64,000 bases of DNA, taken from positions 1 to 64,000 of the forward strand of contig JASLZZ010000077.1 of NCBI GenBank assembly GCA_030754595.1, given 5' to 3'. Under the pieces are notes generated by a model. That model was not told the DNA's origin. It saw only the letters and a program-made list of their open reading frames with translations, and did not search any database. Below are positions 31,048 through 40,218 of the stretch, in pieces (position 1 is the first letter of the stretch; every line of letters begins with the position of its first letter). The position numbers were made by a program, and so were the translations under genes. The stretch is from Nitrospinota bacterium. GTDB lineage: Bacteria; UBA8248.

Positions 31048-32298
31048 ATGTCCGAGCCGATTCGAGCCGAAATTGTCGCAATTGGAACTGAGATGCTCCT
31101 AGGGGACCTGATCGATACGAACAGCGCCTATATCGCGCAACAGCTCAAGGCCGTCGGTGTGAACATGTATTTCAAGACGATCGTGGGCGACAACCTGGAC
31201 CGGATTGCGCTCTCGATAGGACAGTCGCACGACCGGAGCCAGGTGGTGATCACCTCGGGCGGACTGGGCCCGACGGTGGACGATATGACGCGCGAGGGGG
31301 TGGCGCGGGTGATGGGGGTGGAACTCGAGTTCCGGCAGGATCTTTACGACTACATCGACAAATATTTTGCCCGGCGCGGTTTCAAAATGACCGAGAACAA
31401 CCGGAAACAGGCGTTTGTTCCGGCCGGTGCGACGGTGATCGAAAACCCGCGGGGGACGGCGCCCTGTTTTTATTGTGAAGATGAGAAAGGGCTGATAATC
31501 GTGGCTCCGGGAGTGCCGCATGAGATGCGCTACATCATCGGGGAGCGAGCGATTCCGATCATTCAGGAAAAGTTCGATCTGGGGGAGGTGATCCGGACAA
31601 GGGTGCTCAAGACCTGCGGTTTGGGCGAGAGCCGGGTGGATCAGATGATCGGGGATCTGTTCCGAGAGTCGGTGAACCCGAGCATCGGGGTGCTGGCGCA
31701 TCCGGGGCAGGTTGACGTGCGGATCACGGCGCGGGCGGAGAGCGTTGAAAAAGCCGAGGAAATGATCGACGTGCTGGATGCGAAGGTCCGCGATATTTTG
31801 GGGGTCGCCGTATATGCCGTTGGCGAGGTCACGCTGGATAGGGTTGTCGCTGGTCTCTTGGGCGAGAAAGGCAAGACGCTGGCGGTGGTGGAGACGAATA
31901 CGGGCGGGGCTGTGCTTCAGCGGCTCACGGCCTGGCCCGAGCGGGTGGATTTTCTTCGGCGCGGGATTGTCGCCATGGACCAGGGCGAACTTGCCGGGCT
32001 TTTTGGTATTTCGGATGAAGAGCCGGGGAGTGAGGCGTTTGCCGAGGCGTTGGCCCTCAAGGTCCGTGAGGAGTCGGGGGTGGACATGGCGCTGGTGGTG
32101 CTGGGCCCCAACCCGCCGCTCAACATCGAGCCTGAGAAGAGCCGTACGGCCCCGGCGATGGGCGAGACCTATTTCAAACTCTCGACGAACGATAAGATTT
32201 TTAGCCACGACGGGAGCTTTGGCGGCAATGAGCAGTTTATTCAGTCGCGGGTGCCGATGTTTGCCCTCGACGTGCTCCGGCGGGCACTGATTGCCTAG
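31048..32298 (+). CDS. cinA: CinA-family protein (MoCF-like N-domain plus degenerate PncC-like C-domain)
   Basis: IGTEMLLG..IDTNS, VGDN, GGLGPTVDDMTRE, NPRGTAP, PGVPHEM, GESRVD. Confidence 0.9.
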   Translation: MSEPIRAEIVAIGTEMLLGDLIDTNSAYIAQQLKAVGVNMYFKTIVGDNLDRIALSIGQSHDRSQVVITSGGLGPTVDDMTREGVARVMGVELEFRQDLYDYIDKYFARRGFKMTENNRKQAFVPAGATVIENPRGTAPCFYCEDEKGLIIVAPGVPHEMRYIIGERAIPIIQEKFDLGEVIRTRVLKTCGLGESRVDQMIGDLFRESVNPSIGVLAHPGQVDVRITARAESVEKAEEMIDVLDAKVRDILGVAVYAVGEVTLDRVVAGLLGEKGKTLAVVETNTGGAVLQRLTAWPERVDFLRRGIVAMDQGELAGLFGISDEEPGSEAFAEALALKVREESGVDMALVVLGPNPPLNIEPEKSRTAPAMGETYFKLSTNDKIFSHDGSFGGNEQFIQSRVPMFALDVLRRALIA

Positions 32299-32577
32299 GG
32301 CGGTTTGAAGTCTTTTGTTTATATAGTACACATAAATACAACGACTTAAGGGCTGTCGATCCTTCTGGAATCTTGAGGCCTCTCTTATGAGACGGTTTTC
32401 GCCATCGCTTCTCCCCGAAATACCTCCGATTTAAGCCTGAAATTGACCTCCTTAGAATGTTTTTCTTGATAGATTATGTAACTCCTGATAGAATAACTAT
32501 TTAATGGATGTAGATTTAGGTGAATTCTAAGGAAATTCACCCTCTTGCGCCCCGCCCGCGCACCGAATGGAAGATCG

Positions 32578-33987
32578 ATGGACCAGACGATCTCACCCCC
32601 TGGGCGGGTGACAGCGCCGAAACCGGACCGAATTCGGGGTCTCGCGGCCCCTTCTGCCTGGGCGCTGGCGGCGCTTTTAGGGCTTCCTCTCTTGCTTGTT
32701 GGGTGCCAATACATTCAGAAAGGCTGGTCGGCCCTACAGGACCTTGAATCAAAGCCTCATGCCTCGGGAGATAAGGGAAGCGCCCCTCTGGCGGCGAAAA
32801 CCGCCTCCCCCTTGCCCCGTGGCTCTTATCAGCCAGAGGATGCTCTCCCCGATACTCCCTCGCTCTCGGTTCACCACGCCCGCTTCAGGCCCCAGGACTC
32901 CGTTTATGCCGTTCTCGACGCGAACGGGGTCCCCCGAACAAATATTATCGAGATTCTCCGCGTGAGCCGACCCGTGCGCGCGCTCTCCCGCATCAGGGCG
33001 GGCAACCGCTACGAGCTCGCCGTGTCCGAAGGCGCCGTCCACCGGTTTCTGGTCCAGGTGGACGATGAGCGGCAATTGCGGGTCTACAGGACGAAAAAAG
33101 GCGCGCTTCGGGCGAGGATGGAGAGGATTCCCTATGCTACAGAAAATGTCTGCATAAAACTGAAGGTCCAGGGATCCCTTTTCGGTTCCATCAGCCGGGC
33201 CGGAGTTCCTCTTTCCCTTGCGGTGAAGCTTGGGGAGATATTCGAGTGGGTAGTCGATTTTCACAAGGACATTAATGAGGGAGATACGGTCGAGTTGCTC
33301 GTTGAGGACCGATCCCTCTTCGGCCGCCCAGCAGGATTCGGCCGAATCCTGGCGGCCCGGATCAAGACCAGGAGAATCGAACAGGCGGCGATCTATTTCA
33401 GGAGCGGAAACGATTCCTATTTCACACCGAACGGCGAGACTCTCCGCCGGGCGTTTCTCCGCTCTCCCCTGAAATACACGAGGATCAGCTCGCGTTTCAC
33501 GAGAAAACGGTTTCACCCGGTACTCAAGCGTTTCCGGCCCCACCTTGGGGTGGACTACGCCGCGCCCAAGGGGACCCCTGTGCGCGCGGTGGCGGACGGA
33601 GTGGTAACTTTTTCGGGATGGCGGGGGGCCGCCGGGAAAATGGTCCAGGTCCGCCACGGCCGCGGGTATGCGACTTCCTACCTCCACCTGTCTCGTATCA
33701 AGAGAAGAGCCCGCCGTGGAAGGAAAATCCGCCAGGGGCAGATCATCGGCCTGGTCGGCTCGACGGGTCTCTCGACCGGGCCCCACCTGGATTTTCGAAT
33801 CAAGCGAAACGGCACGCCGATGAACCCCCTGTCGGCGCGGCTTCCGGCCGGAAACCCGGTGCCGGGCCGGCGATTACGGGAATTCAGGAGGTTGGCCAAA
33901 AGCCGGATCGCCCAACTGAAGAGCGTCCCCCTTCTCGCCGTGGCCGCGGATATGGCCTCGGCCCGCTCCCCTCAACCCGCTTTTTAG
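32578..33987 (+). CDS. M23-family peptidoglycan DD-metalloendopeptidase, possibly a lipoprotein
   Basis: HLGVDYAAP, YLHLS, GLSTGPHLDF; N-terminal hydrophobic stretch ending LVGC; start uncertain. Confidence 0.9.
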   Translation: MDQTISPPGRVTAPKPDRIRGLAAPSAWALAALLGLPLLLVGCQYIQKGWSALQDLESKPHASGDKGSAPLAAKTASPLPRGSYQPEDALPDTPSLSVHHARFRPQDSVYAVLDANGVPRTNIIEILRVSRPVRALSRIRAGNRYELAVSEGAVHRFLVQVDDERQLRVYRTKKGALRARMERIPYATENVCIKLKVQGSLFGSISRAGVPLSLAVKLGEIFEWVVDFHKDINEGDTVELLVEDRSLFGRPAGFGRILAARIKTRRIEQAAIYFRSGNDSYFTPNGETLRRAFLRSPLKYTRISSRFTRKRFHPVLKRFRPHLGVDYAAPKGTPVRAVADGVVTFSGWRGAAGKMVQVRHGRGYATSYLHLSRIKRRARRGRKIRQGQIIGLVGSTGLSTGPHLDFRIKRNGTPMNPLSARLPAGNPVPGRRLREFRRLAKSRIAQLKSVPLLAVAADMASARSPQPAF

Positions 33988-33992
33988 GAGAG

Positions 33993-34514
33993 GTGCCCCG
34001 AAAAGTGTATCTTCCGTACGAAGGAAAGCTCCCCAAAGTCCATGAAACGGCCTGGATTGCCGAAACCGCCGTCCTCATCGGAGATGTCGAGATCGATGAG
34101 GAAAGCAGCATTTGGTACGGTTGCGTTTTGCGCGGTGATGAAATGCCGATCCGGGTCGGCAAGCGCACAAATGTCCAGGATGTGTCCATCCTCCATATCG
34201 AGGGGGGAAAATGCCCCTGTATTTTGGGAGACGATGTTTCGATAGGACATGGGGCGATTGTCCACGGCTGCGAGGTACGCGACGGCGCCCTCATCGCCAT
34301 GGGCGCGATCGTGTTGAACGATGTAATCGTCGGAGAAGGCGCCGTCGTCGGGGCCGGGGCATTGGTCCCCGAGGGAAAGGAGATCCCGCCGGGCACGCTC
34401 TGGATGGGCACCCCGGCGAAATTTGTGCGGGATCTTCGCAATGACGAAAAAGAACGCTTCAAGAAGACGCCGCAGAGCTACTCACACCTCAAGGAACGCT
34501 ACCGGAACGGGTAG
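33993..34514 (+). CDS. Gamma carbonic anhydrase family (YrdA-like) protein
   Basis: IGDVEI..SIWYGCVLRGD, NVQD...H, IGHGAIVHGC hexapeptide repeats; GTG after AGGAG. Confidence 0.92.
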   Translation: MPRKVYLPYEGKLPKVHETAWIAETAVLIGDVEIDEESSIWYGCVLRGDEMPIRVGKRTNVQDVSILHIEGGKCPCILGDDVSIGHGAIVHGCEVRDGALIAMGAIVLNDVIVGEGAVVGAGALVPEGKEIPPGTLWMGTPAKFVRDLRNDEKERFKKTPQSYSHLKERYRNG

Positions 34515-34540
34515 CCCTCCTGCCGCAACAGGTTTCAGTC

Positions 34541-35485
34541 TTGATGATATCCGGTAAAAACGTACCGGCGCGCTCGCTCGCGGCGGTTGTCGATCTCGGG
34601 ACAAATGCGGCCCGGCTCGCGGCGGCCTCGCTGGACGCCTCGGGCGCTTTCGTTTCCGAGGGCAGGTGGCGAGAGTTGATTCGCCTCGGCGAGGGGGTCG
34701 AGGAGACGGGCCGAATCTCGGATGGCGCGATGGCTCGCGGTTTTGAAACCCTGGAAAGGTTCTCCCGTCTCATCGAAGGGATGGGGGCGGATCGGGTGGA
34801 CGCTCTGGCGACCAGCGCTCTCAGGGAGGCATCGAACGGCGGGGAGTTCCTGGCCGGAGCGAGGGAGCTGGGCATCCCGCTCCGCGTGATATCCGCCGAG
34901 GAAGAGGCCCGGCTCGCCCTCATCGGGGTTCTCGCCTCGATGGAGGAGCGCCCGCGCGGGGCACTGGTTTTCGATGTCGGCGGCGGGAGTCTCGAATTGA
35001 TTCGTTCCGAGGGCGGAAAGGTGTCGGAGATGGCGAGCCTCCTGGCGGGGGTAGTCTCCCTATCCGAGAGATATCTCCGGGATATCCCCACCCCACCGTC
35101 GCAGGTAGTTTCTTGTGCCGATGATATCCGCGCCATGTTGGGGACCGTTCCCCTGGACGCGGAGGAGGTGGCCGATCTCCCCCTGATCGGGTGCGGCGGG
35201 GCGGTCGCGCTCGCTTGGTTTATCCGCGAGGGCTACGCCGGGGATTTGGGGATCAACGGAGCCATCCTCGGCCTGGGTGAAATCGAGGACTGGGCTGGAA
35301 AATTCGCTGCCCTGGATATGGCGGGGCGCCGCTCGTTGCCGGGTTTTGAGCCGGGCCGTGAGGATGTCGCCTTGGCCGGTCTCGTTGTCCTCCGGGAGGT
35401 CCTCAGATGGGCCGGCCAATTTTCCCTCCGCGTTTCCACAGGCGGGGTGCGGGAAGGGCGGTTAATTGAGCTCCTCTCGGAATGA
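34541..35485 (+). CDS. Ppx/GppA-family phosphatase (short form)
   Basis: VDLGTNAARL, RLGEG, ATSALREASN, EEEARL, DVGGGSLE, GVREG. Confidence 0.9.
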   Translation: MMISGKNVPARSLAAVVDLGTNAARLAAASLDASGAFVSEGRWRELIRLGEGVEETGRISDGAMARGFETLERFSRLIEGMGADRVDALATSALREASNGGEFLAGARELGIPLRVISAEEEARLALIGVLASMEERPRGALVFDVGGGSLELIRSEGGKVSEMASLLAGVVSLSERYLRDIPTPPSQVVSCADDIRAMLGTVPLDAEEVADLPLIGCGGAVALAWFIREGYAGDLGINGAILGLGEIEDWAGKFAALDMAGRRSLPGFEPGREDVALAGLVVLREVLRWAGQFSLRVSTGGVREGRLIELLSE

Positions 35486-35552
35486 ACCCACAATATGTTA
35501 ATAATCAATTGTTTATGTTGCCGAATCCTCCCGGGATTTCCCGAATTTTAGA

Positions 35553-35582
35553 TTGACACAGCCCCAGAATGATCCCTATAGT
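35553..35582 (+). promoter_or_regulatory. Sigma70-like promoter of the yceD-rpmF-plsX-fab cluster
   Basis: TTGACA (35553-35558)-N18-TATAGT (35577-35582). Confidence 0.7.
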
Positions 35583-35653
35583 CCACTTTGTTTGCTGGCC
35601 TCAGGAGGCATTTTTCCCGATTTTGCTCCCAGGTGGCATCCGGGAAGAAAATC

Positions 35654-36199
35654 ATGAATGATGACTTGAAATACTCCCTTGACCATATCCCTGAGGAAGG
35701 GCTGAAAATCGGGATTGAGGTGAAGGCAGACCTGTTGGATGTGGATGGCGGGAACTGGCCCCCTCTATCCGGCGTGAGATTGGAAGGAACTTTGGAGCGA
35801 ACGGGGGACCAAGAAGCGGTTTTCGGTGGACGGGTGCTCGGTTCTTTCTTGGTGGAATGCCATCTTGGGCTCGCCCAGATGAAATTTCCCGTCGAAGAGG
35901 AGTTGACGGTTTATTTTCAGCCCGCCTATCCCGAAGAAACTTGCTCGGGGGATGAGGTTGAACTGGGGGAGCGGGATCTCGAAGTGTACTATATTGAAAA
36001 TGACGGGGTGGATCTGTTGAATCCGCTTCGGGACCAGTTAGGCTTGGCCATTCCAATGCAGCCCCAGTGCCCGGATAAGTGCAAGGGTGAGGACCCTGAC
36101 CTATGCCGCCGCCTTCGGGTGGGCGAGGGGGTTGGCTCGGAAATGGAGGGCGATCCACGTTGGACCGGTTTGAAAGAGTGGGGAAAAGTCGAAAGCTGA
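35654..36199 (+). CDS. yceD: YceD/DUF177-family protein
   Basis: Acidic protein with LAIPM..C...CKG and DPRW..LK; canonical position upstream of rpmF. Confidence 0.85.
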   Translation: MNDDLKYSLDHIPEEGLKIGIEVKADLLDVDGGNWPPLSGVRLEGTLERTGDQEAVFGGRVLGSFLVECHLGLAQMKFPVEEELTVYFQPAYPEETCSGDEVELGERDLEVYYIENDGVDLLNPLRDQLGLAIPMQPQCPDKCKGEDPDLCRRLRVGEGVGSEMEGDPRWTGLKEWGKVES

Positions 36200-36268
36200 C
36201 AGCAACTGCTATCAATTGTAAACGATTGCCGGTTTTATTTTGGATTTAATTACAGGAGGCATTTTGAA

Positions 36269-36451
36269 ATGGCACTGCCAAAAACTCGCCACTCCCAGAC
36301 CCGGGGGCGCAAGCGGAGAACGCACTGGAAGGTGGCGAAGCCGGCCGTATCGGTGTGTTCGAACTGCGAGACCCCTGTATTGCCGCATCGCGTTTGCACG
36401 GCTTGTGGTTTCTACAAAGGACAAAAAGTCCTTGCCGTCAAAGAAGCCTGA
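36269..36451 (+). CDS. rpmF: 50S ribosomal protein L32 (zinc type)
   Basis: MALPK...RRTHW, CSNC...PHRVCTACGFYKG. Confidence 0.98.
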   Translation: MALPKTRHSQTRGRKRRTHWKVAKPAVSVCSNCETPVLPHRVCTACGFYKGQKVLAVKEA

Positions 36452-36474
36452 GGGCCCTTCCCAAGGGTGAACCA

Positions 36475-37605
36475 ATGAAAATCGCAGTGGATGCCATGGG
36501 CGGAGATAACGCCCCATCGGCAGTCGTCGAGGGAGCGGTTCTCGCCTACCAGGAATTGGGTATCGAGACCATTCTGACCGGAATTCCGGAAAGGATTGAT
36601 TCTGAGCTTTCCCGGCTGGGCGCCCGCGGTCTCCCGCTGGAAATTCGCGGTGCGGAGCAGATTATCGAAATGGGAGAGTCCCCGTCGCGGGCCCTTAAAT
36701 CCAAACCGAACTCTTCGATGCGGGTGGCCGCCGAGGCGGTCAAGAAAGGCGATGCGTCGGCGGTATTCAGCGCCGGCGATACGGGTGGTGCGTTTGCCGT
36801 CTCTCTTCATGTCCTCCGGCGAATGAAGGGGGTATTGAGACCGGCGATAGCGGCGCTGATTCCCACTCTGAAGGGTTTTTGCATCATGCTCGATGTCGGG
36901 GCCAATCTGGTTCCAAAGGCGCAGCATCTTTTTCAGTTCGGTGTCATGGGTCAAATCTATTCCGAACTTGCGCTGGAAGTAACCAAGCCGACTGTCGGCC
37001 TGCTGAATGTCGGCGGCGAGGACTCAAAAGGAACCGATGCTATCAGGTCCGCCCACGAACTATTCTCCAAAAGCGATCTGAATTTTATGGGAAATGTCGA
37101 AGGAAGCACCATTTTTCAGGGTGCCGTGGATGTCATCGTATGCGACGGTTTCTCGGGAAATGTGGCGCTGAAAGTAAGCGAAAGCTTGAGCGAAATGCTC
37201 ACCACCCTTCTCCGGGAGGAGGTCACCCACTCTGTCCGGAGTAAAATCGGGTATATGTTCTTACAGAACGGCTTGAAATCCATGCGCAAAAGGACGGATT
37301 ATTCCGAGTATGGCGCTGCCCCGCTGCTGGGACTCGACGGTCTATGCACTATCGGCCACGGGCGGAGCAACCCCAAAGCGGTCAAGAACGCCCTGAAGGC
37401 GACTTCACGGTTGGTGGAAAAGCAGTTAACCGGTAAGATTGAGGGTGAGATCGACAGGCATCTTTCTGTCCAACGAAGCACCGAGGCCGGCTGGCGTCTT
37501 TGGAGTCAGATTCGAGAGGGAATTTTCCAGGGAGGTTCGTCGGACCAACCCGCCGCAGGTGATGAGCCTTCCGGCGAAGACGAAACGAACCTGATTAAGA
37601 AATAA
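36475..37605 (+). CDS. plsX: Phosphate acyltransferase PlsX
   Basis: MKIAVDAMGGDNAP, LDVGAN, VCDGFSGNVALK, YGAAPLLG, HGRS. Confidence 0.97.
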   Translation: MKIAVDAMGGDNAPSAVVEGAVLAYQELGIETILTGIPERIDSELSRLGARGLPLEIRGAEQIIEMGESPSRALKSKPNSSMRVAAEAVKKGDASAVFSAGDTGGAFAVSLHVLRRMKGVLRPAIAALIPTLKGFCIMLDVGANLVPKAQHLFQFGVMGQIYSELALEVTKPTVGLLNVGGEDSKGTDAIRSAHELFSKSDLNFMGNVEGSTIFQGAVDVIVCDGFSGNVALKVSESLSEMLTTLLREEVTHSVRSKIGYMFLQNGLKSMRKRTDYSEYGAAPLLGLDGLCTIGHGRSNPKAVKNALKATSRLVEKQLTGKIEGEIDRHLSVQRSTEAGWRLWSQIREGIFQGGSSDQPAAGDEPSGEDETNLIKK

Positions 37606-37635
37606 AAGCAATCCCGCCCAAACCAGGTGTTGACT

Positions 37636-38622
37636 ATGACCCATTCCGTCATTTTGGGGACAGGTTCCTACGTCCCCGAAAAAGTGCTTACGAACCAGGA
37701 CCTGGAAAAAATTGTCGATACCACTGATGAGTGGATTTTCGAACGCACCGGCATCAGAGAACGCAGGGTTGCTCCCCCCAAGGCCGCGGCCTCCGATATA
37801 TCGATACCCGCTAGCAAAAACGCACTTGAGGCGGCCGGGATTTACCCCAAAGACATCGATTTGATCGTCGTGACCACACTGACCCCGGACTCCTTGTGTC
37901 CCTCGACGGCTTGTTGGCTTCAGGCCGAGATAGGGGCGGAGCGTGCGGCGGCTTTCGATCTCAACGCCGCATGTTCGGGTTTTGTGTATGGCCTCCAGGT
38001 GGGGGACGCTTATATTCGTTCGGGCCTCATGAAAAATATTCTGGTGGTGTCGGTGGACCTTATGACCCGCACTGTCGACTGGAGCGACCGGGGAACCTGT
38101 GTGCTCTGGGGGGACGGTGCCGGGGCGGTGGTCATGGGGCCTGCGGAAAACGGGGAGAAAGGTCTTATCGACTCCTATATCTACAGCGACGGCCACGACG
38201 CGGACAAGATCGTAATCATGGGCGGCGGCACGAAACTCCCCCCGATGACCCCCGAGGAAACCGAATCGAATGAGCGCACGCTGAAGATGAAGGGCCAGGA
38301 AACGTTCAAGACGGCTGTCCGTCATTTCACCGACGTTTGCAAGGAAGTCCTGGAAAAAAACGATATGACGGTTGATGATATCGATGTGTTTATCCCGCAT
38401 CAGGCGAATATCCGAATCATCGATGCGGTGGCCAAGCGATTGGAGTTGGACAGGGACAAGGTCGTCATTACGATTGACAAATATGGTAATATGTCTTCCG
38501 CCACGATTCCTGTCGCCCTGGACGAATGGGTAAGGGAGGGGAAGATCAGGCACGGAGACAATGTACTGATGGCCGCTTTCGGCGGTGGACTCACATGGGG
38601 CGCCGCGCTGGTCGAATGGTAA
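37636..38622 (+). CDS. fabH: 3-oxoacyl-ACP synthase III
   Basis: DTTDEWI..RTGI, AACSGF, PHQANIRI, GNMSSA, FGGGLTWG. Confidence 0.97.
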   Translation: MTHSVILGTGSYVPEKVLTNQDLEKIVDTTDEWIFERTGIRERRVAPPKAAASDISIPASKNALEAAGIYPKDIDLIVVTTLTPDSLCPSTACWLQAEIGAERAAAFDLNAACSGFVYGLQVGDAYIRSGLMKNILVVSVDLMTRTVDWSDRGTCVLWGDGAGAVVMGPAENGEKGLIDSYIYSDGHDADKIVIMGGGTKLPPMTPEETESNERTLKMKGQETFKTAVRHFTDVCKEVLEKNDMTVDDIDVFIPHQANIRIIDAVAKRLELDRDKVVITIDKYGNMSSATIPVALDEWVREGKIRHGDNVLMAAFGGGLTWGAALVEW

Positions 38623-38745
38623 ACGTAGACGGAACCCATCTTCCGCTAAGTCCGCCCTCGAAAACTGTCTCTACAACAATTACCGGCCCGACCCGCGCTC
38701 GTACTATGGGTGCAGGTGGAGTGTTTTAGGTTTCTGGAGGTTGAA

Positions 38746-39687
38746 TTGAGTTCCTCTCGAATCGCTTTTCTGTTTCCGGGTCAGGGCTCTCAGCACGTGG
38801 GCATGGGGAAGGATTTTTACAACCGCTATCCTTTCGCCCGCGAGGTTTACGAGCAGGCAAACGATATTCTCGGGTGGGATATCGCCAAGCTCAGTTTTGA
38901 GGGGCCCAAAGAGAAATTGACGCTGACATCGAACACACAACCCGCAATCATGGTGCATAGTTATATCGCCTGCACGCTGCTCATGGAAAATGGCGTTAAT
39001 CCGTCTCTGGCGATGGGTCATAGCCTGGGCGAGTACTCCGCGCTGCTCGCGGCGGGGGCAATGGATTTCCCCACCGCGCTTTGCCTGGTGAAGGAGCGCG
39101 GTAGGTTCATGCACAGCACCGTTCCGGAGAGCGGTGGCGCCATGGCGGCTCTGCTCGGCCTCGATCGCGAGGTTGTAGAGGCGATATGCCGGGAAGCGAG
39201 CGGCGTCGTCGAAGTCGCCAACTATAATGCGCCTGGCCAGATTGTCATCTCTGGCGAGCAGGATGCGGTGGAGGCGGCGGTTTCTCTGGCCAAGGACCGG
39301 GGAGTGCGCAAGGCGGTGATGTTGCCGGTCGGAGCACCGTTCCACAGCTCCCTGCTCGAGGAGGCGGGCCGGCGGATGCGCGAAGTTCTCGAGTCGGTGA
39401 GTTTCTCTGAGTTGACGATTCCGGTCTACTCCAATGTGACCAGCCAACCTGTCATAGACTCTGAAGAAGCCCGAGAACTCCTTAAAAAGCAGGTGCGAGC
39501 CGCCGTCCGGTGGGAGGATTCGGTTCGCTCCGCCGAGCGGGAGAACATTAGCGCTTTTATCGAGGTGGGCCCCGGAAGAGTCCTTTCGGGACTCAACAAG
39601 AGAATCGTCAGGGAAGTCCCTGTTTTCAACGTCGAGGATTCGGAGAGTTTGGAGAAAACATTGTCGAAAGTCGCCGGCCTGAGTTAA
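38746..39687 (+). CDS. fabD: Malonyl-CoA:ACP transacylase
   Basis: FLFPGQGSQ, GHSLGEY, APFHS, EVGPG; TTG after GGAGG. Confidence 0.97.
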   Translation: MSSSRIAFLFPGQGSQHVGMGKDFYNRYPFAREVYEQANDILGWDIAKLSFEGPKEKLTLTSNTQPAIMVHSYIACTLLMENGVNPSLAMGHSLGEYSALLAAGAMDFPTALCLVKERGRFMHSTVPESGGAMAALLGLDREVVEAICREASGVVEVANYNAPGQIVISGEQDAVEAAVSLAKDRGVRKAVMLPVGAPFHSSLLEEAGRRMREVLESVSFSELTIPVYSNVTSQPVIDSEEARELLKKQVRAAVRWEDSVRSAERENISAFIEVGPGRVLSGLNKRIVREVPVFNVEDSESLEKTLSKVAGLS

Positions 39688-39808
39688 CCGGTGTGGGAAT
39701 ATGGAATAATTGTCAGGGTTCACCGGCCCGGAGCCTTGAAGCTGAATGGAGCCGTTCAGTTTATGCGGGTATCCGGGGAGTGTGAAATCTCGCCAGGGAG
39801 GAAGATTT

Positions 39809-40045
39809 GTGGCGGAAAACGTTGAAGAGAGAGTGAAGGAAATCATTGTAGAGCAGTTGAGCGTGAACGCCGACAAGGTGGTTTCGGAGGCATCATTCAT
39901 AAACGATCTGGGGGCGGATTCTCTCGATACCGTTGAACTTGTCATGGCTTTTGAAGAAAAATTCGGTCTCGAAATTCCCGACGAGGCTGCCGAAAAAATC
40001 GCCACGGTTCAAGACGCCGTCTCCTACATCGAGGAAAATGGCTAG
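39809..40045 (+). CDS. acpP: Acyl carrier protein
   Basis: [24 protein letters not shown] after GGGAGG. Confidence 0.98.
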   Translation: MAENVEERVKEIIVEQLSVNADKVVSEASFINDLGADSLDTVELVMAFEEKFGLEIPDEAAEKIATVQDAVSYIEENG

Positions 40046-40153
40046 AGGTCATTTCATAACCTCTTTCGCGGAATCTTCGTCCGTCAAAGGCCTTGATTTT
40101 ATCGGCCTTCTCACAGGGGTGGAAACCTCGGAAATGGGTTATGAAATGACTTC
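40045..40153. mobile_element. 109-bp MITE-like element, copy 1
   Basis: Terminal inverted repeats GAGGTCATTTCATAACC / GGTTATGAAATGACTTC, TA on both sides; near-identical inverted copy at 47467-47575. Confidence 0.85.
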
Positions 40154-40218
40154 TAGGCCGAATGAGAAGTAGTGGGCTTTTTAACCTCGGCTAATTTTTG
40201 AACTGGAGAATGTGGAAA

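Noticed and set aside
39933..40172. Small ORFs sharing the peptide [29 protein letters not shown] (39933-40172 + and 47427-47618 -)
   Set aside because: The shared peptide is just the translation of the two MITE copies
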